NCBI GenBank assembly: GCA_020184695.1
Contig: JAANOX010000268.1
Coordinates: 186,001 to 250,000 of the forward strand
Reading direction: 5' to 3'
Source of the DNA: Histomonas meleagridis 2922-C6/04-290x
Taxonomy: Eukaryota; Protista; Parabasalia
Length of the DNA stretch: 64,000 bases
The translations under genes were made by a program, and so were the position numbers. Shown piece after piece: positions 1 through 12,039 of the stretch. Each line of letters starts with the position of its first letter. The stretch's first letter is position 1. The notes under the pieces were generated by a model, which was given only the letters and a program-made list of their open reading frames with translations, was not told the origin of the DNA and made no database searches.

Positions 1-198
1 CATATAAATTTTTATTTTATCTTTTTATGATTTCGTCGCATTTTTTGTGTTCGATTTTGTCAGCAAATAACCGAATTATGTCTGCGTTTTTGTGTTTGTA
101 TGCGTAAATAAGCGCTGTTCTTTACGATTTAAATAATTTCCAAATATTATTTTGAAATATCAAATGATTAAAATAAATTTCAAATAAAACAAATAAAT

Positions 199-1471
199 AT
201 CTTTGGCATCAATATCAATTCCTTCTTGATCAAGAAGTAATTTAACTATTTCTGTATAACAATATTTAGATGCAATTATAAGTGCTGCATCAAATAATTC
301 AAAGAATTCCCAAATATTATTTGAAAATAATAGATGATCGAAATAAATTTTATTTTTAGCATTAATCTCAATTCCTTCTCGTTCAAGAAGTAATTTAACT
401 ATTTCTATATTACCATTTTTAGATGCAAACATAAGTGCTGTATTAAATAATTTAAATAATTTCCAAGTTTTATTTTGAGGTATCATATCATAAAAATAAA
501 TTCTAAATATTATAAATAAATATCTTTAGCATTAATCTCAATTCCTTCTCGTTCAAGAAGTATTTTAACTATATCTGTATGACCTTTGTAAGATGCAAAC
601 ATAAGTGCTGTTGCAAATAATTTCATTAATTTCCAAATTATATATTGAAATAATAAATTATCATAATAAATGTCAAATCAAACAAATAAATATCTTTAGC
701 ATTAATATCAATTCCTTCTTGCTCAAGAAGTAATTTAACTATATCTGTATGACCTTTGTAAGATGCAAACATAAGTGCTGTTGTAAATAATTTGATTAAT
801 TTTTAAATTATATATTGAAATAATAAATCATTAAAATATATATCAAATAAAACATATAAATATTTTTAGCATTAATATCAATTCCTTTTTGTTCAAGAAG
901 TAATTTAACTATATCTGTATGACCTTTGTAAGATGCAAGCATAAGTGTTGTAAATAATTAAAATAATTTCCAAATATTATTTTTATCTTTCAAATTATTT
1001 AAATAAATATGAAAACAAACATATAAATATCTTTAGCATTAATATCAATTCCATTTTTTTCAAGAAGTAACTTCACTATTTCTGTATGACCATTTATAGA
1101 TGCAAAAATAAGTGCTGTTCGAAAATATTTGAGAAATTTCCAGATATTATTTTGAAATTTTATATGATTAAAACAACGATGAAATTAAACATATTAATAT
1201 TTTTAGCATTAACATCAATTCCTTCTTGTTCAAGAAGTACTTTTATTAATTCTATATGACCTTTACGTGTTGCCCAATGAAGCGCTGTTTCAATCATTGA
1301 TGATGAACACCAAAAAAAATTATCAAACATCAAATAGTCATAAGAAACATATTTCTCATTAATTTTAAAGATATTTTTTTCGATTTGCCACTTGATAAAT
1401 AATGAAAATTCTTTATAGTATTGCTTTTGACTCATTTTTGTGAAGTACTTTAGAACACAAACAACTGGCAT
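199..1471 (-). other. Interrupted ankyrin-repeat gene/array 1: seven 30-codon ankyrin blocks separated by AT-rich spacers
   Basis: Blocks at 1288-1199, 1118-1029, 951-862, 781-692, 611-522, 441-352 and 288-199 each read like TALMFASYKGHTDIVKLLLEQEGIDINAKD. Spacers are 80, 77, 80, 80, 80 and 63 nt. The 5' leader ORF is 1160..1471; the true start is uncertain. Confidence 0.85.
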
Positions 1472-3132
1472 TTTTTAATGCTACTTTTTACTTCAAAAAG
1501 TTAAAACTGTAGGCACATATGGTGACTCTTTAAATTCTTTCTCATTTTTTTTTAAAACACATGTGTTTGTTCATAAACATGATCACGCTCTGGAATCATA
1601 AACATCGAAGAGTGCAACTAAAACGGTCTCCAGGAAATTTTGCTTGTATGAATAAATATCATTAACTGTTTATTTTCGAAGTTGAAATGGGTACATCCTT
1701 CTTAAATTATAATTTTTTATTGTTTCTTGAAATATTTTGATTTTTGGTGAAATATCGTAGATATTGATTTAATAATGAAATTCTATGGAACAATTTTTAT
1801 GAAAATTTTAATTTCATACATGATTTTCAAAGAAAATTAATTTAATATTTGGTCGTTCATGAGTTTTATTCGTTTGTATATCAATTGACTCATTTTTTCA
1901 AATTTTAATATTATATTTAACATTTCATATCTGATTGATTTCCAATGTTTGAGCTCATGATTGATCTTATTTTTCGAGTTAAATATGTTTGAAATCGAAA
2001 CTTACGATCAATATGCACAGAAAATACCCTTAAAAGTTAAAATGAAAAAATTGGCTTTTGAATATATTTATCTAGTAATTATATTAATTTATTCCAATCT
2101 ACAAATTATAAAATAAATTGCATATTTATTTATATAATAATAAATGAATTAAATATAAGTGTTGTTAAAAACGATTTTGAAATTTGTATTTGAAATTTTT
2201 ATCATTATATCTCTCTATTGCTTTATTTTTATTATTTTGTTAAATAGGTACATATAATTTATTGCATTTTTATGTTATTACATTAATAGAGAATAGAGTT
2301 TTCTCTATTCATTTTTGATTTGATTCTTTTGAAATTGAATCAAACAAAATCGTTTTAAAATCGATTTTGTGGTGTATTTATTCAGATAAATCTGATGTAT
2401 TCGATTAATTTCTATTTAATTTTTTATCATTTTGTTCAAATTATTAAAAATTTTAGCATAATAACATTTCTACCAATAGAGTTCTACAATTTATAACTTA
2501 TTTCATTCTCGATTCTGGTTGGTTTAAAAAAGTGTTATGTTGTTTATTTACTACATATCTGGAAGAAGTATATACCTTACCACATGGGTGTGAAGTTATC
2601 AATTAATTGTTTTTATGCATATAACAATAAAATTAAGGACAAGCTATATATCAGTTGCGAAAATATTCAAAAAACATCTAAAAATTTAATAAAGAAGAAA
2701 TCATATATTTATATTAGATTAATTTTATGATTAATTTTCATACAATGAGGATATCCTCACTAATTTTAATAGTATGCTTCAACTTTGTAACGAAATACCA
2801 AAAAAGAGTTAAAAATGTTATCATTGGCTTTGTTTGCTATGCAAAAAAGTTTGCCAAAGAACATGTCCTTTCGCATAAGACATGATACAAAGGGCTTATT
2901 TTAGACAATATTTAAAAAGAAAATAATGATTAAGATAAACTTTTGTTTAAGATTGATTCAATGTGCATTAATTTTTTTAAGAATGAAAGTTGAAATCTAA
3001 CATAAAATATACATATTTTGGAATGTAATTTTAAAGGAATATGTCAAAACAAACGTAAAAGATTGAAAAAAATTTTTACAGAAACTAAATTTGGTTCGGT
3101 ATTTCACATCACATATCTTGCTAAAAAAAAAA

Positions 3133-6100
3133 ATGGAAAATACAGAACCAATTTTATCTGTAGTAAGAACGCAAGATAACCCAATCGGAAGAGGGATCTC
3201 ACGTGATTTCACTGAGAATCCATTTGTAAGTCCTCTTTTTTCAACACAGACATTTCAATATACTCTGTCTATTCCTCCACCACCAACATTACCTTTCCCA
3301 AAAAAGATATCTAATGATTATGACATTCCAGAAGGGAACAGTGAAATGGCAAATAATATTGAAAAACAAGCAATTCAACAATTTCTTCAAAGATCTGAAA
3401 AAAGGGATGAAGAAACAATGACTTTTTCATTTTCAACAATTTCATCCGTATGTAAATCACAAGTTCCATGGAAATTTGGAATTAAATCCCCACCAATTGG
3501 TTATTCATTACCACTTAAATACCTTCAAGTCAAACTTAAAAGCATGTCATATGCAAATCAAAAATCTGATATCACTGATTTTCAAGGCACATTATTTTTA
3601 TATGCATCAAAACGTCATCAATATTTATCAGAATCCCTTCGATTTACACGAACTCTTAATTCCACTGTATTTGAGCATACAAGTACTGATACATGTTATT
3701 TTGAAGTTCAACCACCTTCTGAAGACATATATTTAGTATGTGTTTTAATGCATCAAAGTGCTTATTCCCTTGATAATTTTCTTAAAGCATTAACCGGAGA
3801 AAGGCCAATTCCTCAACAACAATTTGCTTCTGTTATTCCATTTGCTTTTTCATACATTCCACTTTATTCACTTTTTACAAAATCGGGTGAAGTTGACTTA
3901 ACGTTCCCCGTCTGGATCAAGTATTCATCATCAGAGCATTTCAAATATATTGGATGCGAAGTTACTCCTCCGGAAGTTCAAACATTACCTATAAACTCAT
4001 CAGTAAATTTGGTAGTTATGACCGATAAAGAAATTCCAATAAACTTATCTCAAACAGGTGAAATTCAAATGCCAAAATCCCCTATAATGGCGTTATCCGT
4101 ACCATTCTTATTACATCCGAAGCCTTCTATAATGCTTAGTGGAATTCATATGAAATTTAACTCATTACCAAAATGTGAATTTTTATACTTTAAAGTATTC
4201 TACTGTGAAGACCCACGTGATCCTGTCAATCCAACTGGTATGAAAGTCTTCTTACCGAAGAATGATGATGGAAGTTCTTCAAACTGTTTCACATCAAAGC
4301 CGATACCAGTTTCAAAGAAGCCCATTTTCACAGACTGTGTTCGTATGGTTCTTGATAAACCATTGAAATCCACTTCACATTTAGTAATTCATATAAATTC
4401 AATACAAAAATCCGGTTTGTCAACTTTACGCATCGTCATTGTACCACTTATCATTGAAAATAATCCTATTCAAACATCAACGCAAACATATACAATGATA
4501 TCATCAAAACGTTTAAAGCCAAACGAATATTTATCTAAATTAAATGCGAATGGAAAGAAATCACTTAAAATGAATATTGATACAACTTCAATTTTCTTTG
4601 TACCAAAGACATTAAACACATTATCAAATGCTATCGTACCACAACAAATTAATCTTAAGGAAATACTTGAAGTCCCTGTTAAAACAATTCGCCAACAATT
4701 TATACCAATTTCATCCAAACTTTTATCATTATCATCATCGACATCATTACAAGCATTAATTGAAATATATCAATATTGTAAATCAGAGATCGTTAAACAT
4801 CAATTTAAGAATTGGTTATATCATGTCTTTAATCCAATTGAAACGAAACATAACTTTTTATATTCATATACAAGTTCTATTGAGAAATTAATTCAAGAAA
4901 GTTTAACAAAAGATAACAACTTATTACCAACAATCATTGATTTCTTTGAATTCATAATTGATATCTTTCTAATAAGTTATGTCCATGAAACAGAAGAATA
5001 TAATCCGACGAATTTATATAATTTTTTGAAACAAATTTCAAATATTATATGTTTTTATATCCAAAAAGATCAAACACAAATCATCAAGAAAATTAGTAAA
5101 TTATTAGGATCAACATTAGTTATATTATTTAGTTTTTCATCGGAGACATTTTTACCAATAATAGCAAATCATTTACGAACATTATTACGTATTAAAACAA
5201 ATCAAATTTCAGTTCTCACAGCATTTTTCTCATTTTTAACTCCATTTACATCATATCCTCCATTTATTTTATTATTAATTAAACAATTACCAGTTGAACC
5301 ATTAAAGAAACGAATGTTTTCACCATTCCAACCAATAATATCATTATTCGAATTAGGTTTTTCACGTGCAATGACATTAAAAAATGGATCTTTATATATG
5401 TTTGCATCTGAGTTTTTAACGAAGTTATGTTTACCACTAGAAACAGAAGATGATGAACCATTAAATTATCGAATTGCTTATGCATTATTTCCATTTTTAG
5501 ATTTGTTTTCATATTATTATAAGTCAAATATACCAGAAGAAGCGAAATTCGAATTAATTCCATCGATATTATTAATCATTGGTTATTCGCCATCACAATT
5601 ATTACGGAATTATTTCTCATCGACTGATTTATTCTTTCAAGTCCAATTTATCGAATTTATTGAAAGCGCATGTGATATATGTATTAATCGATTAACATTA
5701 CAAAAGTTTTCGAACATTAATAATTTATTTGTCGAAATGACGCAACGAATTTTACGTTTTTTACGATGTACTATTTATGAATTAAAGAATTCCATTTCTA
5801 ATATCATCAATTTATTATTTAAATTAACAAATAATAAACATCAATCATTACAAAATTATCCATTAATATTTGATATCTTTGTAAAGATAATTAATAAATA
5901 TCCAATCAATAGAGAATACATAAATGAATTTGTTAAAATGTTTATATCGAAATATCATATAACAAAATGTTTTAGCATAAGTTCATTTATAATATTCTTT
6001 CGAAAAGATTATTTAACACGGAAAAACGTAATCATTTCAACAGTCCAATTTTTAGATTCTTTCATTTCAGTGATTCAAGAAGAATCATCAAATGACATTA

Positions 6101-7503
6101 ACATATTTAAAGAATCTGTTAAACAAATCCAACGAAGTGTTAAATATTATCATGACAAAACTTTCAAACAAAAATTATGCGATCGATTATCAGCTGCGTT
6201 ATCTAATGCAGAAATCATTGAGAAACTTAAAAACTCTCAATTCCCACCCGACATAAAATGTTTTTACATTATGCAATTGGCTGATCAAAGTAAGAACTTC
6301 CCTTCAATGAGAGTTCGTTGGCTAAAAGAAATCGTAAAAATTAACGCAGAAAACAAATGGTTTGTCTCTGCTTACGTTGCACAGTTACATATTTGTTCAT
6401 TAACTTCAACGATTTTAAGATATTATAAAACAAAAAATGAAAACACAGAAAATACATCAACAAAACTTGTAATGGTACAACCTTTGACGAACTCAAAACA
6501 ACAAATTTTGTCAAGCGAGTCATTCACTTTCTTCCCGCCTGTAATGATCGAAAATAATATAAACTTCGAATACATTTCTGACGATTTCAGATTTTTATCG
6601 GCTGATTTTAATATGGAATTCTTGAAATCGTCACTAAAAAATGCTTTAGAATTCGCATTAAAGGCTAAAATGTATTACGACGCTCGTTGCGTTTTATCAC
6701 TATTACTTAGAATAGCTTTAAATGAAGCAAATTTAGAGGATTTGACAAATATTTCAAATCAATTGTCCGAAGTTTTCAAAGAAATGAAAGCAAATTACTC
6801 GTTAACGGTCGACTCGCCTTTGCACTTTTACCTGAAAAATAAACGGATTTATTGCCTCGATCATGAACTGAACCAAAACGGTTTCGTGCCACTTGTCAAA
6901 ATTGAAGGCGAACTGAATTCAGTTGAATTCCCACACACTTTTTCAATGTTCAGAACGGTTGTTAAGAAATCGCAATTGGAAGTTTCTTCATTAAATGAGA
7001 AAGAAATTACGATAAATAATTATAAAACGAAAGAAAGCTTACCATCATATTCAATGTTCTCGGAAGTTGAACAAGAGAAAACTCAAAAACTTTCAATTAT
7101 TGATTATCTGAATTTCGAAGAAAAAATTACATTTGCTAAAATTAGAAAAGTGTTATCCGAATATGAAGGATTTTTGCCGAATACTTTGAAGAATAGACAA
7201 AGTAAAGGAGAATTCCAATTTGAATTAAATCGAATTGGATTTTTGTTGCATTCTTCTTTGAATGGAGATAACTCGTATCTGTTTTTGTTGCTGTTAATAT
7301 CAAAGAAATTCGATAAGGAATCGGTGATAAAGAATGCAAAAGAATTCAAATTATTAATTAAACGATTGTTGGTTACTTACTCGGAAATAGCCAACTTTAC
7401 GAGGGACGAAACGCATATGGACTACGCTCAAAAGTTTAACAATACATATAATTCTTTTGTGGAGTTCTTCGATATCGATAAAGATAATAATGAGGAAAAT
7501 TAA
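3133..7503 (+). CDS. Dedicator-of-cytokinesis (DOCK)-like protein, divergent
   Basis: Long intact ORF with first ATG at 3133. It has a C2/DHR-1-like segment (DCVRMVLDKPLKSTSHLVIHI) and a DHR-2 lobe A-like segment (FPSMRVRWLKEIVKINAENKWFVSAYVAQLHI). Confidence 0.65.
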   Translation: MENTEPILSVVRTQDNPIGRGISRDFTENPFVSPLFSTQTFQYTLSIPPPPTLPFPKKISNDYDIPEGNSEMANNIEKQAIQQFLQRSEKRDEETMTFSFSTISSVCKSQVPWKFGIKSPPIGYSLPLKYLQVKLKSMSYANQKSDITDFQGTLFLYASKRHQYLSESLRFTRTLNSTVFEHTSTDTCYFEVQPPSEDIYLVCVLMHQSAYSLDNFLKALTGERPIPQQQFASVIPFAFSYIPLYSLFTKSGEVDLTFPVWIKYSSSEHFKYIGCEVTPPEVQTLPINSSVNLVVMTDKEIPINLSQTGEIQMPKSPIMALSVPFLLHPKPSIMLSGIHMKFNSLPKCEFLYFKVFYCEDPRDPVNPTGMKVFLPKNDDGSSSNCFTSKPIPVSKKPIFTDCVRMVLDKPLKSTSHLVIHINSIQKSGLSTLRIVIVPLIIENNPIQTSTQTYTMISSKRLKPNEYLSKLNANGKKSLKMNIDTTSIFFVPKTLNTLSNAIVPQQINLKEILEVPVKTIRQQFIPISSKLLSLSSSTSLQALIEIYQYCKSEIVKHQFKNWLYHVFNPIETKHNFLYSYTSSIEKLIQESLTKDNNLLPTIIDFFEFIIDIFLISYVHETEEYNPTNLYNFLKQISNIICFYIQKDQTQIIKKISKLLGSTLVILFSFSSETFLPIIANHLRTLLRIKTNQISVLTAFFSFLTPFTSYPPFILLLIKQLPVEPLKKRMFSPFQPIISLFELGFSRAMTLKNGSLYMFASEFLTKLCLPLETEDDEPLNYRIAYALFPFLDLFSYYYKSNIPEEAKFELIPSILLIIGYSPSQLLRNYFSSTDLFFQVQFIEFIESACDICINRLTLQKFSNINNLFVEMTQRILRFLRCTIYELKNSISNIINLLFKLTNNKHQSLQNYPLIFDIFVKIINKYPINREYINEFVKMFISKYHITKCFSISSFIIFFRKDYLTRKNVIISTVQFLDSFISVIQEESSNDINIFKESVKQIQRSVKYYHDKTFKQKLCDRLSAALSNAEIIEKLKNSQFPPDIKCFYIMQLADQSKNFPSMRVRWLKEIVKINAENKWFVSAYVAQLHICSLTSTILRYYKTKNENTENTSTKLVMVQPLTNSKQQILSSESFTFFPPVMIENNINFEYISDDFRFLSADFNMEFLKSSLKNALEFALKAKMYYDARCVLSLLLRIALNEANLEDLTNISNQLSEVFKEMKANYSLTVDSPLHFYLKNKRIYCLDHELNQNGFVPLVKIEGELNSVEFPHTFSMFRTVVKKSQLEVSSLNEKEITINNYKTKESLPSYSMFSEVEQEKTQKLSIIDYLNFEEKITFAKIRKVLSEYEGFLPNTLKNRQSKGEFQFELNRIGFLLHSSLNGDNSYLFLLLLISKKFDKESVIKNAKEFKLLIKRLLVTYSEIANFTRDETHMDYAQKFNNTYNSFVEFFDIDKDNNEEN

Positions 7504-7704
7504 TAATTCGTAAACTGTTTATAAAAAATATTTTTACCCTTGAAAAATATTACTTCGTAAATATTTTTATGTTTTTATGTTTTTCCAACATTTTTGCACC
7601 AAAAATTCGTAACGGACAAATCAGCACTTTTATTCAAAAGTGGTCTGATTTTGTATTGTTTATTAATCAAACCGTTTGTCACTTCATCAGACCAAATAAA
7701 TCAA

Positions 7705-9039
7705 ATGCGAATTCATTCTCGTACACCAACGCCAACAAGAGAGTATAGAGAAATAAGGGGCAAATCAAAAGCTTTCCATTACAAGTTCGTTTCGCTTTTA
7801 TTTATTGTTAACCTTGGCGTAACGTTTTACATTTGCCAATTTTTCCTTTCAAAAACAATAAAAATGACGATATTAGAATGCATTAGAGGAGTTTTTAGGA
7901 CAGATTACTTGTCGTTTATACCTCCATATATTCAACAATCAATCAAATTTTCACTTATTGTCACAATTTTTGCAAACTTAGCTCACTTGGCTTATTGCAT
8001 TTTGTTGCCTTCTTTGTACATTAAGCTTAGCGTTGCAATTAACTTTGTATCAATTATAATATCTTTCATTTCTTCTTTGTATATTCTGATTTCTGGACAA
8101 GTTCCATGGTATTATGCAATTTTCCCAGTCATACTTTTCTTTTCATCAATATTCTATTATCGCCGCATAAAGAAAATCATTCCATTTGCAACAGCACTCA
8201 TTCGAGAATCTAGTCGTATCCTCATACATAACATTTCTATAGTATTCATTGAAATTTGCAGTGGTGCATTAACACTTGTTTTATGGCTTCTTTTTGTTGT
8301 CGTAAGTTATTTAATAATAAATTCCGATATCGAACATTCCACTGCTTTTGTTTTCTATCTTTTGGCTTCATTCTCTTGGATCACAAATACTCTTTCTTAC
8401 ATTGGTTACACCACAATCACTGGAATTGTTGGAAATGAAACATTTGATGACGCTAATATCATATCCCCACTTAAAGCATTTTTCTACTCGATCACATATA
8501 ACCTTGGAAGCAATGCTCTCTCCGCTGCAATCCGTACTGTTCTTTTTATAACTGATTTTGTTGTTGACATCAAATCAGAAAAAAACGATAAGAAAGAGTC
8601 ACTTTTGGTTAAAGTACTCAAATTCGTTATCGACATACTTCGAAAGCTTCATGAATACTTTGCTCGTTATGCGCTCATTTATGTTGGAGTTTATAGTATC
8701 CCATACATCCAAGCATGTAAGAAGTGGGGAAAGAAAGGTTTTGGTGAAAGAATTCGTATGTCAAATTATTTCGAAGTTGTATCATCTGCATTGAGACATA
8801 ACTACACACTTGTAATAGCTGCAACATGTATTGCTGTCTACTTTGCATATTATGGAAAAGGTTCGGAATTATATACAAGATTAGGATGTGTATTAACTTT
8901 AATGACTATCTTCCAATTCTTGTTTTCATCAATCACCGCGATAACTGACACACTGATTCTTTGCTATTTCGATCACCCATCACTCCTTAGAAATAAGCAT
9001 CCAGAAGTTGCAAAAGCAATCAGAGGTGTTAGTTTGTAA
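7705..9039 (+). CDS. Choline transporter-like (CTL/SLC44/Pns1 family) multi-pass membrane protein
   Basis: Many hydrophobic helices. Family-like motifs SITYNLGSNALSAAI and FARYALIYVGVYSIPYIQACKK, plus C-terminal DTLILCYFDHP. Start is ATG 7705 or 7864. Confidence 0.7.
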   Translation: MRIHSRTPTPTREYREIRGKSKAFHYKFVSLLFIVNLGVTFYICQFFLSKTIKMTILECIRGVFRTDYLSFIPPYIQQSIKFSLIVTIFANLAHLAYCILLPSLYIKLSVAINFVSIIISFISSLYILISGQVPWYYAIFPVILFFSSIFYYRRIKKIIPFATALIRESSRILIHNISIVFIEICSGALTLVLWLLFVVVSYLIINSDIEHSTAFVFYLLASFSWITNTLSYIGYTTITGIVGNETFDDANIISPLKAFFYSITYNLGSNALSAAIRTVLFITDFVVDIKSEKNDKKESLLVKVLKFVIDILRKLHEYFARYALIYVGVYSIPYIQACKKWGKKGFGERIRMSNYFEVVSSALRHNYTLVIAATCIAVYFAYYGKGSELYTRLGCVLTLMTIFQFLFSSITAITDTLILCYFDHPSLLRNKHPEVAKAIRGVSL

Positions 9040-9332
9040 GTTTCATATGGCTAAAAGTTTGTTTTTTGGTATATTTGTTTTTAGAAAAATTTGATAATTA
9101 AGAATTAATGTTTAAATGCAACAAAAGTTAAAGGAACAACAAATATACTTTAAGGCTCGTGTTTTTGGTAAGGTTGGTAAAGAAACTTTGGCTTGTAAGG
9201 CACATGATGATAATCATTCGATGTTCACAAAGGGGTTTGAACCATTCAAATATTTTTGAATAGTTTACTTGTATCGTGAAATAATGCATATAAAAAGTTG
9301 CCATTCAAACCTTTGGCCAATCAAATCTGAAA

Positions 9333-10601
9333 ATGTCTGATATGTGGCGCTGGGCTAAGGAGAAAATGAGATCAACACAATACATCTTATCAGGTCGAAC
9401 AGACAATGAAAAGCTTGTTCTTGAAGCTACAAATGATGAAAAGTGGGGACCTTCAAATTCCCAAATGCAAGAAATTGCACGCTTGACATTTAATTATAGT
9501 GCATGTGATGAGGTTAAGAAAGTTATTTGGGAGCGTTTAAGTGATCCCGAAATAAGACATGTTCAAAAAACACTCATTCTTTTGGAATATCTATTAAGAA
9601 ATGGTCACACTTCATTTAGATCAGAAGCTAAGAGCATGTCTGGAATTCTCCAATCACTTTCATATTCTCAAAAGTATAGTGTTGGTGAAGAAGCTCAATT
9701 AGAAGCTGTTGTACGCAAAAAGTCAAAAGATATTTTGACCATGGCAAATGATAACGAAATATATGAAGCAGAAAGAGCAAAGGCTTCAAAACTCAAGTCT
9801 AAAGTGACTTCTTTCGGTAATGATGGCGGATATGGATATGGCGGTTATAACTCAGGTTACAGCTCCTCAAATTATGGGTCATCAAATTACTCAAGCAGCC
9901 ATGGAAATTACGAAAGCAATACAAGATCTGCTCCTAAAGCACAAAATACAAAAAATGATGACGAATATGAATATGAATATGATGACGAACCACCAGCCCA
10001 AAACCAAAAACAAAGCACTCCATCGCAGCCTGTCAACAATAGCTCGACTCAATCACGACCAAATAATTCATCATTATTACCACCTCCTCCAGGCAAACCA
10101 ATGAACCATGCCAAGGCTCCAATGGTACAACAACAGCCATTTGATCCATTTGGAAATAGCAATCAATCATTTGATCCGTTTTCTGAAATGTCATCATCCA
10201 ATAATAAGCCGCCACAGAACCAACCTAACAATGACCCACTCCTCGACATATTTGGCCCAAGCACTCCAGCTCCCACTCCTAACAATCAGTCGAATACAAA
10301 TAATAGTAATAATCAATTTGATGATCTATTGAACTTAACTTCACCGCAGCCACAAACTCAACAGCCACCTCAGCAGCAACAAGTAAATCTGCTTGACGAC
10401 TTTTTGGGGCCTACTACATCGGCTTCAAATAATGTTCAATCACAATCACAACCACAGCCACAGCCACAGACGAAAAAGTCGAACATGTTATCCGAGTTTT
10501 CGGACGTAATCGACTTTGATAATTTGGTTGGAAACCAGAAAAACTATGGAAAGGCGCAGACAACACGTGGAAGCGGTACTGCATTAGGAGGCAATTTCTA
10601 G
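9333..10601 (+). CDS. Epsin / ENTH-domain protein
   Basis: ENTH signature EATNDEKWGPSNSQMQEIA and KTLILLEYLLRNG. The disordered P/Q/N tail carries DPF motifs and clathrin-box-like LLDDF/LLNL. Confidence 0.9.
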   Translation: MSDMWRWAKEKMRSTQYILSGRTDNEKLVLEATNDEKWGPSNSQMQEIARLTFNYSACDEVKKVIWERLSDPEIRHVQKTLILLEYLLRNGHTSFRSEAKSMSGILQSLSYSQKYSVGEEAQLEAVVRKKSKDILTMANDNEIYEAERAKASKLKSKVTSFGNDGGYGYGGYNSGYSSSNYGSSNYSSSHGNYESNTRSAPKAQNTKNDDEYEYEYDDEPPAQNQKQSTPSQPVNNSSTQSRPNNSSLLPPPPGKPMNHAKAPMVQQQPFDPFGNSNQSFDPFSEMSSSNNKPPQNQPNNDPLLDIFGPSTPAPTPNNQSNTNNSNNQFDDLLNLTSPQPQTQQPPQQQQVNLLDDFLGPTTSASNNVQSQSQPQPQPQTKKSNMLSEFSDVIDFDNLVGNQKNYGKAQTTRGSGTALGGNF

Positions 10602-10781
10602 TGAATAAAACTTTCTTTTGGTATAATTTTCCAATTTGTTATTGACTAAAATTACTTTGAGTGAAACGGATTTTTTTTCCAATTTCATTTTTTATGAGAT
10701 AAGTTCATTAATCAATAAGTTATGAGATGGAAATATGGTAAATTATAACAGCGTTTCATCATAGGAGAAAAAAATGTTATT

Positions 10782-11175
10782 TTATCGAATCAAAATTGCT
10801 GTCATGGACAGACTTATGAAATCATACACATTATTTAGCACACAACTTTGAGGAAAAAACATAACGGTTCGAGCTATATTATCGAAAAGGAAATTAACCT
10901 CTGTGGTAAAGTTACCTGTCTTGCAACTGACGTTCCAGCGTACGATTACTGGACGAGGATTTCTGTTCAATTGAATATTCCACTTTTTGAATGAGTTGTA
11001 AAATCAGTGTTTGGATAACTTCGATTGAAACAATTTGTATGGTAAAGATTTTGACTTTGTCATTCTTTAACATTTTGGATTTTCTGAGTTCACTTTCTAC
11101 TTGGCATAATTCCATAATAACAAATGAATCAACAAGTATATTCATATTATAACTATAGGGAATCATGTATTCCAC
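10782..11175 (-). pseudogene. Possible decayed protein-kinase remnant
   Basis: Two overlapping short ORFs give FVIMELC (hinge-like) and NRNPRP...CKTGNF (faint HRDLKP...DFG echo). Weak resemblance only. Confidence 0.25.
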
Positions 11176-12039
11176 AAAATTTCCACAATTTTGAATTTCA
11201 AAATAATCAGATTGATTTTTAACGTTTTCTTTAATATCAATTTATGGAACATAACCAAATTGGTTACCCTAAGGAAGAAAATAATAATTACATCGATAAA
11301 ATCACAAATTTTTTCATACAGAAGAGAGAAAAAAAGAAGCACGGTAAAAAAAATCATCAGTGTAATAAATAAATAGACTTTAAATCGCACATATTTAGGT
11401 TGTTAGTTTTTTATTACATTGTTTATTTCTTCGATTCTTTCGATCCCCACACGAATTCATAGTTCTACTTTTCATAGACTATATGGAATTCAATATTTGT
11501 TGAAAATTCAATGATATATAAAATCTGAATTCTGATAGTTTCATAGACGTCAGATAGCGTCAGACCTTTGAATTTATTTGGTATTCGTCGACAGATATGT
11601 TACGCAACTGTGAAGAAGGAATATTCATCGATCAATTGTGATACCAAATTAATGTTGAAGATGTAAATAATGAAATAAATGAAGGTTTTTAACGTTATAC
11701 CCTAACTAAACCTATAATCACGTCCCATCATCATGAGCCATTCGACTTTTTCAATTGTATCGTTTTTGGTTTCTCATTTCTCCAAAAGTGACTTCGATTC
11801 GCAACAGTAAACAAACACTTCACTTCTCACTTTTTGAACTGTCATATTTTGTGTTTCAGTCGACTATGGTTTAATTTGAATGATGATAAACTGAGGATGG
11901 TTGGCAGTCAACTTGTCGGTTAAATCATGATTCAAAATCAATTTTGAGGGATTCAAGCACTGAATCTTTTGATAATACGATGCGTAAATCATTCAAAATT
12001 TCACAAATTTGATCCTACAAGATTCCAATATATTTTCTC

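Noticed and set aside
612-691. Canonical GT-AG splicing of ankyrin spacers, using the GT at spacer position 9 and the AG in ACAG of the Thr-Ala codons
   Set aside because: The join is out of frame and removes the conserved Thr, and one spacer has no GT. An AT..AG join is in frame but gives a 28-aa unit lacking Asp and Thr.
199-1288. Repeat-spacer array resembling CRISPR
   Set aside because: The repeats are 90-nt degenerate ankyrin-coding blocks, the spacers are homologous to each other, there are no cas genes, and the context is eukaryotic.
1500-3000. AT-rich intergenic blocks (also 35700-36600, 46900-47750, 50300-51200)
   Set aside because: No ORFs, repeats or inverted termini that I could support by eye.
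3091-3132. ORF-track N-terminal extensions from non-ATG or upstream starts (also 7594, 18157, 32077, 41024, 43660, 48470, 53094, 54654)
   Set aside because: Homology begins at downstream ATGs, and the extensions are short UTR-like sequence.
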